The notes: generated from the sequence alone by a model not told the origin. Positions 40,430-49,979 are shown, numbered from the stretch's first letter. The stretch: 64,000 nt of DNA from Rubrivivax sp. (GCA_022842305.1 JALHPY010000011.1:1227-65226), one strand, 5' to 3'. A program made the numbers and translations.

Positions 40430-42322
40430 ATGAACGACACCGCCACCCTGGTGCGGCCGGCCGCGCCCCGCGCCGCCACCGTGCTTTCCGAGCACATCGT
40501 CGAGGTCATCAGCGACTCGGGCGAAGGCGCGCAGCGCTGCGGCCAGAGCCTGGCGGCCATCGCCGCGCGCATGGGCAACGGCATCTGGACGACCGAGATC
40601 ATCCCGGCCGAGATCCAGCCGCCGGCACGCAGCGTGGCCGGCGCCAGCGGCATCCGCATCCGCATGGGCAGCGAACGCGTCACCAACGGCGGCGACGAGA
40701 CCGACATGGTGGTGGCCTTCAACGAACAGGTGCTGATCGGCCGCGTGCAGGCCAGGGAGCTGAAGCCCGGCGCCACCATCCTGCTGGAAAGCATGTGGGC
40801 CAAGCACCGCGACCCGGCGGTGGTGGCCAGCTACCAGAAGACCGTGGCCGCGCTGCGCGAAGACGGCTTCGACGTGCACGAGGTGCCGCTGGAAGAGCGC
40901 TGCAAGGAGCTGGTGAACGACCCGCGCAAGGGCAAGAACATGTTCGTTCTGGGCCTGCTGTGCAACCTGTACGGGCTGGACGCGCAACTGGCACGCGACC
41001 AGATCGCGCGCATCTTCGGCAAGAAGGACGACAAGGTCATCAAGCAGAACGTGGCGCTGTACGAAGCCGGCGCGGCCTGGGGCGAGGCGAACCTGCCCTT
41101 CAAGTACCGCATCCCGGCCAAGAAGGTGACCGAGCCGCAGCTGGTGATCAACGGCAACACGGCGGTCGCCCTGGGCGTCATGGCCGCCGGCATGGACATC
41201 TGCGCCATGTACCCCATCACCCCGGCCACCTCGGCCTCGCACTACCTGAGCGAGGCCTTCGAGAAGGTGGGTGGCCTGGTGCACCAGGCCGAAGACGAGA
41301 TCGCCGCCTGCGCCTTTGCCGTGGGCGCCAGCTACGCCGGCAAGTGCGCCGTCACCATCACCTCGGGCCCGGGTTACTCGCTCAAGCAAGAGGTCATCGG
41401 CCTGGCGGTGATGGCCGAGATCCCGCTGGTGGTGGTCAACGTGCAGCGCGGCGGCCCCAGCACCGGGCAGCCCACCAAGGTGGAGCAGGGCGACCTGCTC
41501 ACCGCCATCTACGGCAGCCACGGCGACGCGCCCAAGGTGGTGCTGGCGCCCAACGGCATCGAGGACTGCTTCTACTCGATGATCACGGCGCGCAAGATCG
41601 CCGAGACCTTCGGCATGGTGGTGGTGGTGCTGTCCGACGCCAGCCTCTCCACCGCGCAGCAACCCTTCGCGCGGCCGCAGTTCAGCGAAGACTGGCTGGC
41701 CCCGCCGGTCGATCTGACCCCGGTGCCCCCGGGCGCCAAGCCCTACGACTGGGACCCGGTCACCGGCCTGTCGCGGCGCTTCCAGCCCGGCCAGCCTGGC
41801 GGCATGCACACCCTCACCGGACTGGCACACGACCGCAACAGCAAGGTCGCCTACGACCCGGCCATCAATGAAGAAGGCCTGCACATGCGCAGCCTCAAGC
41901 TGGCGGCGCTGCAGAAGACGCTGTCGCCGCCCACGGTCTTCGGCGGCAACGACGGTGAGCTGTTGCTGGTGGGCTGGGGCAGCACCATGGGCGCGATCGA
42001 AGAGGCCGTGTCGCGGCTGCGCGGCGAAGGCCTGGCGGTGTCGTCGATGCACCTGCGCTTCATCCAGCCGCTGCCTTCGGGCATCCGCGAGATCCTGCGC
42101 CGCTTCAACAAGGTGATGACGATCGAGGGCAACTGGTCCGACAAACCCGACGACGAACTCATCGACGAAGACAACCGCCGCTACTCGGCGCTGGCCATGA
42201 TGCTGCGCGCGCGCTTCCTGGTCGACATCGACTGCTGGAGCGAGGCCCGCGGCCGCCCCATCAAGCCCGGCGACATCTGCCGCGTTGCCCGTCAAGCCCT
42301 GCAAGCAAAGGCCAAGTCATGA
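40430..42322 (+). CDS. korA: 2-oxoglutarate (2-oxoacid):ferredoxin oxidoreductase subunit alpha (gamma-alpha fusion type)
   Basis: 630 aa. ...SGEGAQRCGQSLA..., ...MYPITPATSASHYL..., ...VVNVQRGGPSTGQPTK... Confidence 0.85.
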   Translation: MNDTATLVRPAAPRAATVLSEHIVEVISDSGEGAQRCGQSLAAIAARMGNGIWTTEIIPAEIQPPARSVAGASGIRIRMGSERVTNGGDETDMVVAFNEQVLIGRVQARELKPGATILLESMWAKHRDPAVVASYQKTVAALREDGFDVHEVPLEERCKELVNDPRKGKNMFVLGLLCNLYGLDAQLARDQIARIFGKKDDKVIKQNVALYEAGAAWGEANLPFKYRIPAKKVTEPQLVINGNTAVALGVMAAGMDICAMYPITPATSASHYLSEAFEKVGGLVHQAEDEIAACAFAVGASYAGKCAVTITSGPGYSLKQEVIGLAVMAEIPLVVVNVQRGGPSTGQPTKVEQGDLLTAIYGSHGDAPKVVLAPNGIEDCFYSMITARKIAETFGMVVVVLSDASLSTAQQPFARPQFSEDWLAPPVDLTPVPPGAKPYDWDPVTGLSRRFQPGQPGGMHTLTGLAHDRNSKVAYDPAINEEGLHMRSLKLAALQKTLSPPTVFGGNDGELLLVGWGSTMGAIEEAVSRLRGEGLAVSSMHLRFIQPLPSGIREILRRFNKVMTIEGNWSDKPDDELIDEDNRRYSALAMMLRARFLVDIDCWSEARGRPIKPGDICRVARQALQAKAKS

Positions 42323-43311
42323 GCCGCACCCTGAACCAATGCGTCATCAAGCTCCACGAGGAGCACCACGCGCTCGAGGACTACCAGGGCGGCGTGCCGC
42401 GCTGGTGCAACGGCTGCGGCGACAACGCCATCCTGGCCGCGATGCAGCGCCTGTGCAGCGAGGAAAACCTGGCGCCCGAGAACACCGTGTTCGTGTCCGG
42501 CATCGGCTGCAGCAGCCGCCTGCCGCACTACATGAAGACCTACGGCTTCCACAGCCTGCACGGCCGCGCCTTCCCGGTGGCCGAAGGCATCAAGATGGCG
42601 CGGCCCGACCTCAACGTGTTCGTGAGCACCGGCGACGGTGACTGCTGCAGCATCGGTGCGGCGCACTGGATCCACGCGCTGCGCTACAACATGAACATCA
42701 CCGTGGTGCTGCACGACAACCACGTCTACGGCCTGACCAAGAAGCAGGCCTCGCCCACCAGCCCCAAGGGCTTCAAGAGCAACACCACGCCCTACGGCGC
42801 GACGCTGGAGCCCATGAATCCGCTGACGGTGTCGCTGGGCGTGCAGGGCGCGTCTTTCGTGGCCCAGGCGGTGGACTGGGTGCCCGAGGCGCTGTACGAC
42901 ATCATGCAGGCGGCCTTCAGGCACCGCGGCTTCAGCTTCGTGCGCGTGCTGCAGCGCTGCCCCGAGTTCATGCCCAAGGCCTTCGACCCCTGGCTGCACG
43001 ACCCGCAGCGCACGCAGCTGCTCACGCACGCCAACGGCCTGCAGCTCAGCCCCACGCTGGCCAGCGCCTACCGCAACCAGCTGGCGCACGACCCGCGCGA
43101 CATCGACCGCGCGCGCGAGATCGCCTCGATGGACGACCCCATCCCCGTGGGCATCCTCTACCGCAACCCCGACGCGCCCTGCTACGAAGACCTGCGCAAC
43201 GCCGGCCAGCTGCGCAGCCCGGCCGCCATCCGCAGCGGCCTGGACCGCGAGTTCGACAAGTTCACCTTCTGGCCCGAAGGCGCCGAAGGCGACGCGGCAC
43301 GAGCCGCCTGA
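42319..43311 (+). CDS. korB: 2-oxoglutarate (2-oxoacid):ferredoxin oxidoreductase subunit beta (TPP-binding)
   Basis: 330 aa. ...WCNGCGDNAIL..., ...SGIGCSSR..., GDGDCCSIG TPP motif. 4-nt overlap with korA. Confidence 0.88.
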   Translation: MSRTLNQCVIKLHEEHHALEDYQGGVPRWCNGCGDNAILAAMQRLCSEENLAPENTVFVSGIGCSSRLPHYMKTYGFHSLHGRAFPVAEGIKMARPDLNVFVSTGDGDCCSIGAAHWIHALRYNMNITVVLHDNHVYGLTKKQASPTSPKGFKSNTTPYGATLEPMNPLTVSLGVQGASFVAQAVDWVPEALYDIMQAAFRHRGFSFVRVLQRCPEFMPKAFDPWLHDPQRTQLLTHANGLQLSPTLASAYRNQLAHDPRDIDRAREIASMDDPIPVGILYRNPDAPCYEDLRNAGQLRSPAAIRSGLDREFDKFTFWPEGAEGDAARAA

Positions 43312-43321
43312 GAGACCAGCG

Positions 43322-45520
43322 ATGGACATGCAATCCAAGAGCCCCGACAAACACCAGGACCAGCTGGTCTTTCACCTCAGCGGCCGCTGCACCGGCGAAG
43401 GCCTGGCGCCCATAGTCGGCCTGGGCCTGCGCCCGGCGCTGCTGGCGCCTTACCGTGATCTGGGCGCGCTGCGCCACGACTTCCCGCTGGTGCTGGCCGC
43501 CCGGCCCGGCGCTGCGGGCTTTGCCCAGACGCTGTCGGACATGGTCGACGCCGTGCTGCGCGACGTGGCCCCGCGCGGCACCGAAGGCGAGCGCCTGCGC
43601 CGCCAGGTGCTGCAGGTCGAGACCGAGATCCGCCGTGCCGTCGACGCCGGCGCCCAGGGCCTGCTGGCCGAGCTGTGGGAAGCCGCGGCCGAGCGCGTGG
43701 CCGCGCGTCAGGGCACCGCGCCCGATGACGTGATGCAGCAGGTGCTGTCGCTCACCGGCGGCGCACTGCGCGCCGACGGCACGCTGGTCGGCTGCACGGC
43801 CGAGATGCCGGCGCGCGTGCTCACCCACGCCTGGCAGCAGGCGCAGCAGGCCAAGGCGCGGCGCTTCCGCACCGAGCTGGCGCGGCTGGTGCAGCAGCTG
43901 TCGGACATCCTGCGCGCCGCCTACAGCCATTCGCAGGCCGGGCGCGCGCCGCAAAGCCTGCGCGCGGCGCTGGGCGGGCCGCACCGCAACCAGTTCAACT
44001 TCGACGCGCTGTCGCGCATCGTCGGCAAGGGCGTGCCGCGCGACGAACTGCCGCCGGCGCGGCGCGCGCGCCTGGTGCAGTCGCTGGCTGCGCTCGAGGC
44101 GCAGCGCTTCTTTGCGCTGGCCGACGACGAACCCGGCCCCGAGCTGCATGGCTTCGCCTTCGACAACTGCGCTGCCGCGGCGCAGGCCTTCCGCGAGCGC
44201 CTGGGCGAACTGACGCAACTGGTCAAGGCCCTGGGCATCGCGGCGCTGGAAGTGCGCGGCGCCTACGTCGAATCCGAGCACGACCTGTTCTTCGAGGCCT
44301 TCGACGAGCACGCGCTCACCGCCGACGACCTGGCGCGTTTCCCCGATTACCTGGTGTGCATCCCGCCCGATCGCAACGACGCGGCCGAGAATGCCTCGAT
44401 GATGGAGATGCTGTCCAGCGGCCTGCCGGTCAAGGTGCTGGTACAGACGGGCGACCTGCTCGAAACCTCTTCGATAGGCACCGGCCGCTTTGCCTTCGGC
44501 GTGCGCAGCGCGCGCCTGGCGACCACGGCCATGGGCCTGGGCGGCATGTTCGTGCTGCAGACCGCTGCGGCCAGCCTGTACACCCAGCGCGAGCGCATCG
44601 CGCAGGGCCTGGCCGCGGCCGGGCCGGCGCTGTTCAGCGTGTACGCTGCCGCGGGCCCCGAGACGCTGACGCTGCCGCCCTACCTGGCCGGCGCCGTGGC
44701 CACGCATTCGCGCGCCTTCCCCAGCTTCTGCTACGACGCCGCCGCGGGCGGCGACTGGGCCACGCGCTTCACGCTGGCGCACAACCCGCAGCCCGACGAC
44801 GACTGGCCGCTCGAGACGCTGGAATACGCCGACGACAAGCTGCAGCGCGTGCGCGAGCAGCTGCACTTCAGCTTTGTCGACTTCGCGCTGGTCGACCCGC
44901 GCAACGCCCACCACTTTGCCTTGGTGCCGCGTGCGCGCTGGGGCGCCGAGATGCTGCCGGTGGCCGACTGGCTGGCGCTGCCCGAGGCCGAGGCCGCCGC
45001 GCGCGTGCCCTATGTGCTGACAGTGGACGCGCAGGACCAGCTGCAGCGCGTCATCGTCGACGCGCGCCTGATGCAGGCCGCGCGCCGCTGCCTGCTGCTG
45101 TGGCGCCGCCTGCAAGAGCACGGCGGCATCAACGACTCGCACGCCGTGCGCGCACTGGCCCAGGAGCGTGCCGCCCAGGCAGCCCAGCCTGCGGCCGCAG
45201 TGGTTGCCGCCCCGGCCGCGCCGGTGGCTGCAGCGCCCGAGGCCGCCGTGGCCGAGGCACCGGCCCGTTCACGCGACGAGGCCTGGATCGACACGGCGCG
45301 CTGCCCCAGCTGCAACGAATGCCAGCTGATCAACGACCGCATGTTCACGTACGACGAGCGCAAGCAGGCCTACATCAAGGACATCACGGCCGGCACCTAC
45401 CGGCAGCTGGTGGAGGCCGCCGAGAGCTGCCAGGTCGCCATCATTCACCCCGGCAAGCCGCGTGACCCGGGCGAGCCGGGGCTTGAAGAGCTGCTGGCGC
45501 GCGCCGAACCCTTCAGGTGA
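43322..45520 (+). CDS. Large protein of unknown function with a C-terminal single-cluster ferredoxin domain
   Basis: 732 aa, starting 10 nt after korB. An Ala/Pro linker is followed by a C-terminal CPSCNEC...C(QVAII) single [4Fe-4S]/[3Fe-4S]-type ferredoxin motif. I recognise no other motif with confidence. Confidence 0.6.
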   Translation: MDMQSKSPDKHQDQLVFHLSGRCTGEGLAPIVGLGLRPALLAPYRDLGALRHDFPLVLAARPGAAGFAQTLSDMVDAVLRDVAPRGTEGERLRRQVLQVETEIRRAVDAGAQGLLAELWEAAAERVAARQGTAPDDVMQQVLSLTGGALRADGTLVGCTAEMPARVLTHAWQQAQQAKARRFRTELARLVQQLSDILRAAYSHSQAGRAPQSLRAALGGPHRNQFNFDALSRIVGKGVPRDELPPARRARLVQSLAALEAQRFFALADDEPGPELHGFAFDNCAAAAQAFRERLGELTQLVKALGIAALEVRGAYVESEHDLFFEAFDEHALTADDLARFPDYLVCIPPDRNDAAENASMMEMLSSGLPVKVLVQTGDLLETSSIGTGRFAFGVRSARLATTAMGLGGMFVLQTAAASLYTQRERIAQGLAAAGPALFSVYAAAGPETLTLPPYLAGAVATHSRAFPSFCYDAAAGGDWATRFTLAHNPQPDDDWPLETLEYADDKLQRVREQLHFSFVDFALVDPRNAHHFALVPRARWGAEMLPVADWLALPEAEAAARVPYVLTVDAQDQLQRVIVDARLMQAARRCLLLWRRLQEHGGINDSHAVRALAQERAAQAAQPAAAVVAAPAAPVAAAPEAAVAEAPARSRDEAWIDTARCPSCNECQLINDRMFTYDERKQAYIKDITAGTYRQLVEAAESCQVAIIHPGKPRDPGEPGLEELLARAEPFR

Positions 45521-45543
45521 GCTGACTCCTGTGCTGAACGCTG

Positions 45544-45564
45544 GCGGGCCCTTGCAGGGCCCGC
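45544..45564. terminator. GC-rich hairpin between convergent genes (possible bidirectional terminator)
   Basis: GCGGGCCC-ttgca-GGGCCCGC followed by TTTG. Confidence 0.4.
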
Positions 45565-45575
45565 TTTGCCGTGGC

Positions 45576-46019
45576 TCAGTGCAGTACCAGCAGCGGCAGC
45601 CTGGACCCCGCCAGCACCGCCTTGGTGTGCGAGCCGAACAGGAACTCGCCGAAGGCGCCGCGCCCGTGCGTGACCATCACGATCATGTCGCAGCCTTGGG
45701 CCTCGGCCACGGCGATGATGGCCTTGTCGATGCGTGGCACGTGGTCGTGCACGCCGGTGAAGGGCACGCCGGCGGCGCGTGCCGCTTCCTCGAAGCGCCC
45801 CAGCACCTGGCGCGCGTGCGCTTCGGTGCGGGCTTCGTGCTCCTTGACGTCCTCGACCCACAGCGAATGCGGGCGCGTTTCGCTCAGGGCGGGCTGCATG
45901 GGCTCGGCGATGAAGCCGGTGATGGCCGCCCCCAGCTGGCGCGCCAGGGCCACACTTTCGTGCATGGCGCGATCCGACAGGTCGCTGCCATCGACGGGTA
46001 CGAGTAGACGTTTGTACAT
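45576..46019 (-). CDS. Universal stress protein (UspA family)
   Basis: ATG at 46019 (MYKRLLVPVDGS...). C-terminal ...MVTHGRGAFGEFLFGSHT... ATP-binding-type motif. Confidence 0.85.
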   Translation of the reverse strand: MYKRLLVPVDGSDLSDRAMHESVALARQLGAAITGFIAEPMQPALSETRPHSLWVEDVKEHEARTEAHARQVLGRFEEAARAAGVPFTGVHDHVPRIDKAIIAVAEAQGCDMIVMVTHGRGAFGEFLFGSHTKAVLAGSRLPLLVLH

Positions 46020-46252
46020 GGCGCGCTCCGCTTGCACGACCCTTGGTAATGTTTCAAGGTCGGCAAGTCTAGGGAGCGCTCGCTGCACGGAACTTGCGCT
46101 AAGCCAAACTCGGCCCGCATACCCCCCGGCCGAGGGATGAGGGGAAGTACGCAGAGCCGGAACGCGTGGCGTATGCCCGCCGCCACCGATCGCTCCGTTC
46201 GCTGCTGCTCAGGCCGAACAGCGCGCCCTCGCCAGGCTTGTGGCCCGGCGTT

Positions 46253-46696
46253 TCAGCTGCGCGGCGAGCCCGCGCTGCTGAAGCCTTCGCGGCGCAGCGC
46301 TTCGCAGTTGAAGTCTTCCATCTCGGGGTCGAGCACGCTGCGCGCGCTGACGATGCCCACGGCACGCTGGCCATCCACCACGGGCAGGTGGCGCACGCCG
46401 CGCTCCTGCATCAGCTGCAGCGCAAAGCCGAACAGGCGTTCGGGGCCCACGGTACAGGGCGCGGGCGTCATGACTTCGGCCAGTGGTGTGGCCGCGGGGT
46501 CGCGGTCGCAGGCCAGCACGCGGCGCAGCGCATCGCGCGCGGTGAAGATGCCGGCCAGGCGGTCGCTGTCCACCACCAGCAGCGCGCTGGCGGCGGTCTC
46601 GGTCATCAGGCGCGCGGCTTCGCGAACACTGGTCTGCGGCGCAGCGACGACAAGACGCTCTCGCGCCATCACGTGCCGGACCCGTTCATTGAACAT
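46253..46696 (-). CDS. CBS-domain pair protein
   Basis: 147 aa with two CBS repeats (...VREAARLMTETAASALLVVD... and ...ALQLMQERGVRHLPVVD...). Confidence 0.8.
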   Translation of the reverse strand: MFNERVRHVMARERLVVAAPQTSVREAARLMTETAASALLVVDSDRLAGIFTARDALRRVLACDRDPAATPLAEVMTPAPCTVGPERLFGFALQLMQERGVRHLPVVDGQRAVGIVSARSVLDPEMEDFNCEALRREGFSSAGSPRS

Positions 46697-46753
46697 GATT
46701 CAAGCTCCAGAGAACCTCTGGTGCGCAGCCTACCCCGCGTGCGCGGATGCGAT

Positions 46754-46767
46754 TTGATGCTGCACAA
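46754..46767. promoter_or_regulatory. FNR/CRP-family-like box TTGATgctgCACAA (8/10)
   Basis: About 60-70 bp upstream of the CBS gene start on the minus strand. Confidence 0.25.
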
Positions 46768-46908
46768 ACCCGCGTCACCAGGGCCTGCCGGCGATGTCGT
46801 ACGGGGTGTGTTCTGCACCTTTGACCGCTGGCACAAATGACACAGCCCGCGTGTGGACGCGGGCTGTGTGGGGGCAGGGAAAGGGGCCTGTGGCGGCCCG
46901 GTGCGCGG

Positions 46909-48198
46909 CTAGCGGGCGATCATGCCCAGTTGCTGCGGCAGCCACAGCGACAAGGGCGGCCAGTACGTGATGATCATCAAGAACACCAGCATCGTGAGCA
47001 GCCACGGCCACACCGCCACCGACATGTCGGTGAGGCCCAGCTTGCTGATGCCGCTGGCCACGTACAGGTTCAGACCCACTGGCGGCGTGATCATGCCGAT
47101 CTCCATGTTCACCGTGATCAGCACGCCGAAGTGGATGGGGTCGATGCCCAGCTTCATGGCGATGGGGAACAGGATGGGCGCGGTGATCAGGATGATCGAC
47201 GACGGCTCCATGAAGCTGCCCATCACCAGCAGCAATATGTTCACGGCCAGCAGGAAGCCGATCGGGCCCAGGCCGCTGTTGAGCAGGTACTCCGCCACCA
47301 CCTGCGGAACGTTCTCGTGCGTGAGCAAGAAGGAGAACAGCACCGCGTTGGTGATGATGTACAGCAGCATCGCGCTCATGTTGGCCGAAGCCAGCAGCGT
47401 CTTGGGCACGTCCTTCAGGCCCATGTCCTTGTAGACGAAGACGGCCACGAAGAAGGCATAGGCAGCGCTCATGGCGGCGGCCTCGGTGGGCGTGAAGATG
47501 CCCGAATAGATGCCGCCCATGACCACCACGATCAGCGCCAGGCCCCAGAAGGACTCGCGGAACGCGGTGGCGCGCTCGCGCCAGGTGGCGCGCTTTTCCT
47601 TCGGATAGCCGTTGCGCCAGGCGCGGTAGAAGGTGGTGAACATCAGCATCGCGGCCAGCACCAGGCCCGGAATGACACCGGCCATGAACAGCGCACCGAT
47701 GGAACTGTTGGTGGACACCGCGTACATCACCATCACGATGGACGGCGGAATCAGGATGCCCAGGCCGCCCGACGAGGCCACGACGCCGGCACCGAACTTG
47801 ACCGGATAGCCCGCCTTCACCATGGCCGGCAGCAGGATGGCGCCGATGGCCACCACGGTGGCCGGGCTGGAGCCCGAGACCGCGGCAAACAGCGCGCAGG
47901 CCACCACCGCGCCCAGCCCCAGGCCGCCGGGCCAGTGGCCCACCAGCGAGGTGGCAAAGCGGATCATGCGTTTGGCCACCCCGCCGTGGGTGAGGAAGTT
48001 GCCCGCCAGGATGAAGAACGGGATCGCCATGATCTCGAACTTCTCGATGCCGGTGAACAGCTTGAGCGCCACCGACTCGATGGGCACTTCGGTGAAGAAG
48101 AACAGGAAGGACAGCACCGTGAGGCCGAGCGAGATCGACACCGGCATGCCGGTGAGCATGAGCACGGCCAGCAACAGGAAGATGATGGCGCCGTTCAT
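46909..48198 (-). CDS. dctM: TRAP C4-dicarboxylate-type transporter large permease
   Basis: ATG at 48198 (MNGAIIFLLL...). 429-aa DctM-like protein. ATGA overlap with dctQ. Confidence 0.88.
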   Translation of the reverse strand: MNGAIIFLLLAVLMLTGMPVSISLGLTVLSFLFFFTEVPIESVALKLFTGIEKFEIMAIPFFILAGNFLTHGGVAKRMIRFATSLVGHWPGGLGLGAVVACALFAAVSGSSPATVVAIGAILLPAMVKAGYPVKFGAGVVASSGGLGILIPPSIVMVMYAVSTNSSIGALFMAGVIPGLVLAAMLMFTTFYRAWRNGYPKEKRATWRERATAFRESFWGLALIVVVMGGIYSGIFTPTEAAAMSAAYAFFVAVFVYKDMGLKDVPKTLLASANMSAMLLYIITNAVLFSFLLTHENVPQVVAEYLLNSGLGPIGFLLAVNILLLVMGSFMEPSSIILITAPILFPIAMKLGIDPIHFGVLITVNMEIGMITPPVGLNLYVASGISKLGLTDMSVAVWPWLLTMLVFLMIITYWPPLSLWLPQQLGMIAR

Positions 48199-48896
48199 TT
48201 GCGGTCTCCAGAGCGGGGCTTGTCGTTGTCGGAATCCGAGGGCTGAAGCGGGTGCATGTCGTCCTGCATGCGGAACACGCGGTCTTCGGTGCCGGGCGCG
48301 GGGAGTTCTTCCTCGAGGCCATCGACGTGGCCGTGGTCGTGGTGCGGCAATTCGCCGGTGCGCACGAAGGACACGCAGACCTGCAGGAAGCGGAAGCACA
48401 TCAGGTACGAACCGATGGGCACCGCGCAGTAGACGATCCAGGTGGGCATCTCCAGGTCAGGGGTGGTGGGGCCTTCGTAGAGGCTGTCACCGGCCATGCC
48501 CACGGCGTTGAACACCGCGTAGTGCATGCCGTTTTCCCAGACGAAGACCCAGCCGAGCGTGCCGATGATGCTGGTGAACAGGGCGCCCGCCAGCAGGCCG
48601 AAGATGATGAACTTCGAGCGCAGGCTGTCCTTCATGCGGTTGATGAGCACGTCCACGCCGACGTGGATGCCGGTGCGCACGCCGTAGGCGGCGCCGAACT
48701 TGGCCATCCACACGAACATGATGATGCAGAGCTCCTGCGCCCAGCCGAAGTGCAGCGTGAGCAGCCAGTCCTGCACGCCGGGTATCGCCAGGCCCGAGGC
48801 GTAGCGGTGCATCACGGCCACGAAGATGATCGTCGTGGCCGCTCCCATCAGGAACATGACCAGCCATTCCTCGAGGTGGTCCAGTAGCCTGAACAT
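48195..48896 (-). CDS. dctQ: TRAP transporter small permease with a roughly 50-aa His/acidic C-terminal extension
   Basis: 233 aa. A 4-TM DctQ core is followed by GELPHHDHGHVDGLEEELPAPGTEDRVFRMQDDMHPLQPSDSDNDKPRSGDRK. Confidence 0.8.
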   Translation of the reverse strand: MFRLLDHLEEWLVMFLMGAATTIIFVAVMHRYASGLAIPGVQDWLLTLHFGWAQELCIIMFVWMAKFGAAYGVRTGIHVGVDVLINRMKDSLRSKFIIFGLLAGALFTSIIGTLGWVFVWENGMHYAVFNAVGMAGDSLYEGPTTPDLEMPTWIVYCAVPIGSYLMCFRFLQVCVSFVRTGELPHHDHGHVDGLEEELPAPGTEDRVFRMQDDMHPLQPSDSDNDKPRSGDRK

Positions 48897-48971
48897 GTTG
48901 TGGTCTCCTCTGCGCAGCGGTGGCGCCGGTGCTATGCAACCGGGCCGCCACTGGCGGCCCGGAACGGGTCA

Positions 48972-49979
48972 TCAGAGCTTGCTGGGATCGAAGCCCGTGG
49001 CCTTGTAGACCGAATCGATGACTTCCTTGCCGATGCGCGACTCCATCTCCTTGTGGACCTTCACCATCGCCTTCTTCAGGGCCAGCCGTTCGGCCGGTGT
49101 CGGCGTGTAGACCTGCGTCTTGCCCGAGGCCTTGACCTTCTCGAGCGCGGAGTCGTTCTCCTCCTTGGCGATCTTGTTGGCGTAGACCGTGGCCTCGGCC
49201 ATGGCCTTCTCGAGCTGGCCGCGCACGTCGGCCGGCAGCCCGTCCCAGAACTTCTTGTTGGTGATGACGGCATAGCCCAGATAGCCGTGGTCGGTCACCG
49301 TCATGTGCTTCTGCACTTCGTGCATCTTCTGCGTGTACAGGTTGGAGTGCGGGTTCTCGGTGCCGTCCACCACGCCGGTCTGCAGCGCCTGGTAGACCTC
49401 TGAGAAGGCCATCACCTGCGGCAGGGCGCCCACGGCGCGCATCTGCGCTTCAAGCGCCTTGGACGACTGGATGCGCATCTTCATGCCCTTGAAGTCGTCG
49501 GGCGACTTCAGCGGCTTGTTGGCCGAGAACGACTTGAAGCCGTTGTCCCAGTAGGCCAGGCCGGTGATGCCGCGGGTGCCGAGCTTGTCGAAGAGCTGCC
49601 GACCCACCGCGCCGGTGGTCACGGCGTGCAGATCGCTGGCGTTGTCGAAGATGAACGGCAGGTCGAAGAGTTCGAACTCGCGCACGCCCAAGGGGCCGAA
49701 CTTGGCCAGCGAGGGCGCCAGCATCTGCACGGCGCCGATCTGCAGCGCCTCCATCTCTTCCTTGTCCTTGTACAGGGTGCTGTTGGCGTAGACCTCGACC
49801 TTGACCTTGCCACCCGTCAGTGCGGCGGCGCGTTCGGCAAAGAAGTCGCTGGCCTTGCCCTTGGGCGTGTCCTTGGCAACAACGTGGCTGAACTTGATGA
49901 CCAGCGGCTGCTGGGCCGCGGCAAGCATGGTGAAGCCCGCGGCCACGAGGCCGATGGTGAGCTGGCGCAGATTGATCAC
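48972..49979 (-). CDS. dctP: TRAP transporter periplasmic solute-binding protein (DctP family)
   Basis: GTG at 49979 after GAGGAG. Signal peptide, and a sequence typical of DctP C4-dicarboxylate binders (...GAVQMLAPSLAKF...FDLPFIF...). Confidence 0.85.
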   Translation of the reverse strand: MINLRQLTIGLVAAGFTMLAAAQQPLVIKFSHVVAKDTPKGKASDFFAERAAALTGGKVKVEVYANSTLYKDKEEMEALQIGAVQMLAPSLAKFGPLGVREFELFDLPFIFDNASDLHAVTTGAVGRQLFDKLGTRGITGLAYWDNGFKSFSANKPLKSPDDFKGMKMRIQSSKALEAQMRAVGALPQVMAFSEVYQALQTGVVDGTENPHSNLYTQKMHEVQKHMTVTDHGYLGYAVITNKKFWDGLPADVRGQLEKAMAEATVYANKIAKEENDSALEKVKASGKTQVYTPTPAERLALKKAMVKVHKEMESRIGKEVIDSVYKATGFDPSKL

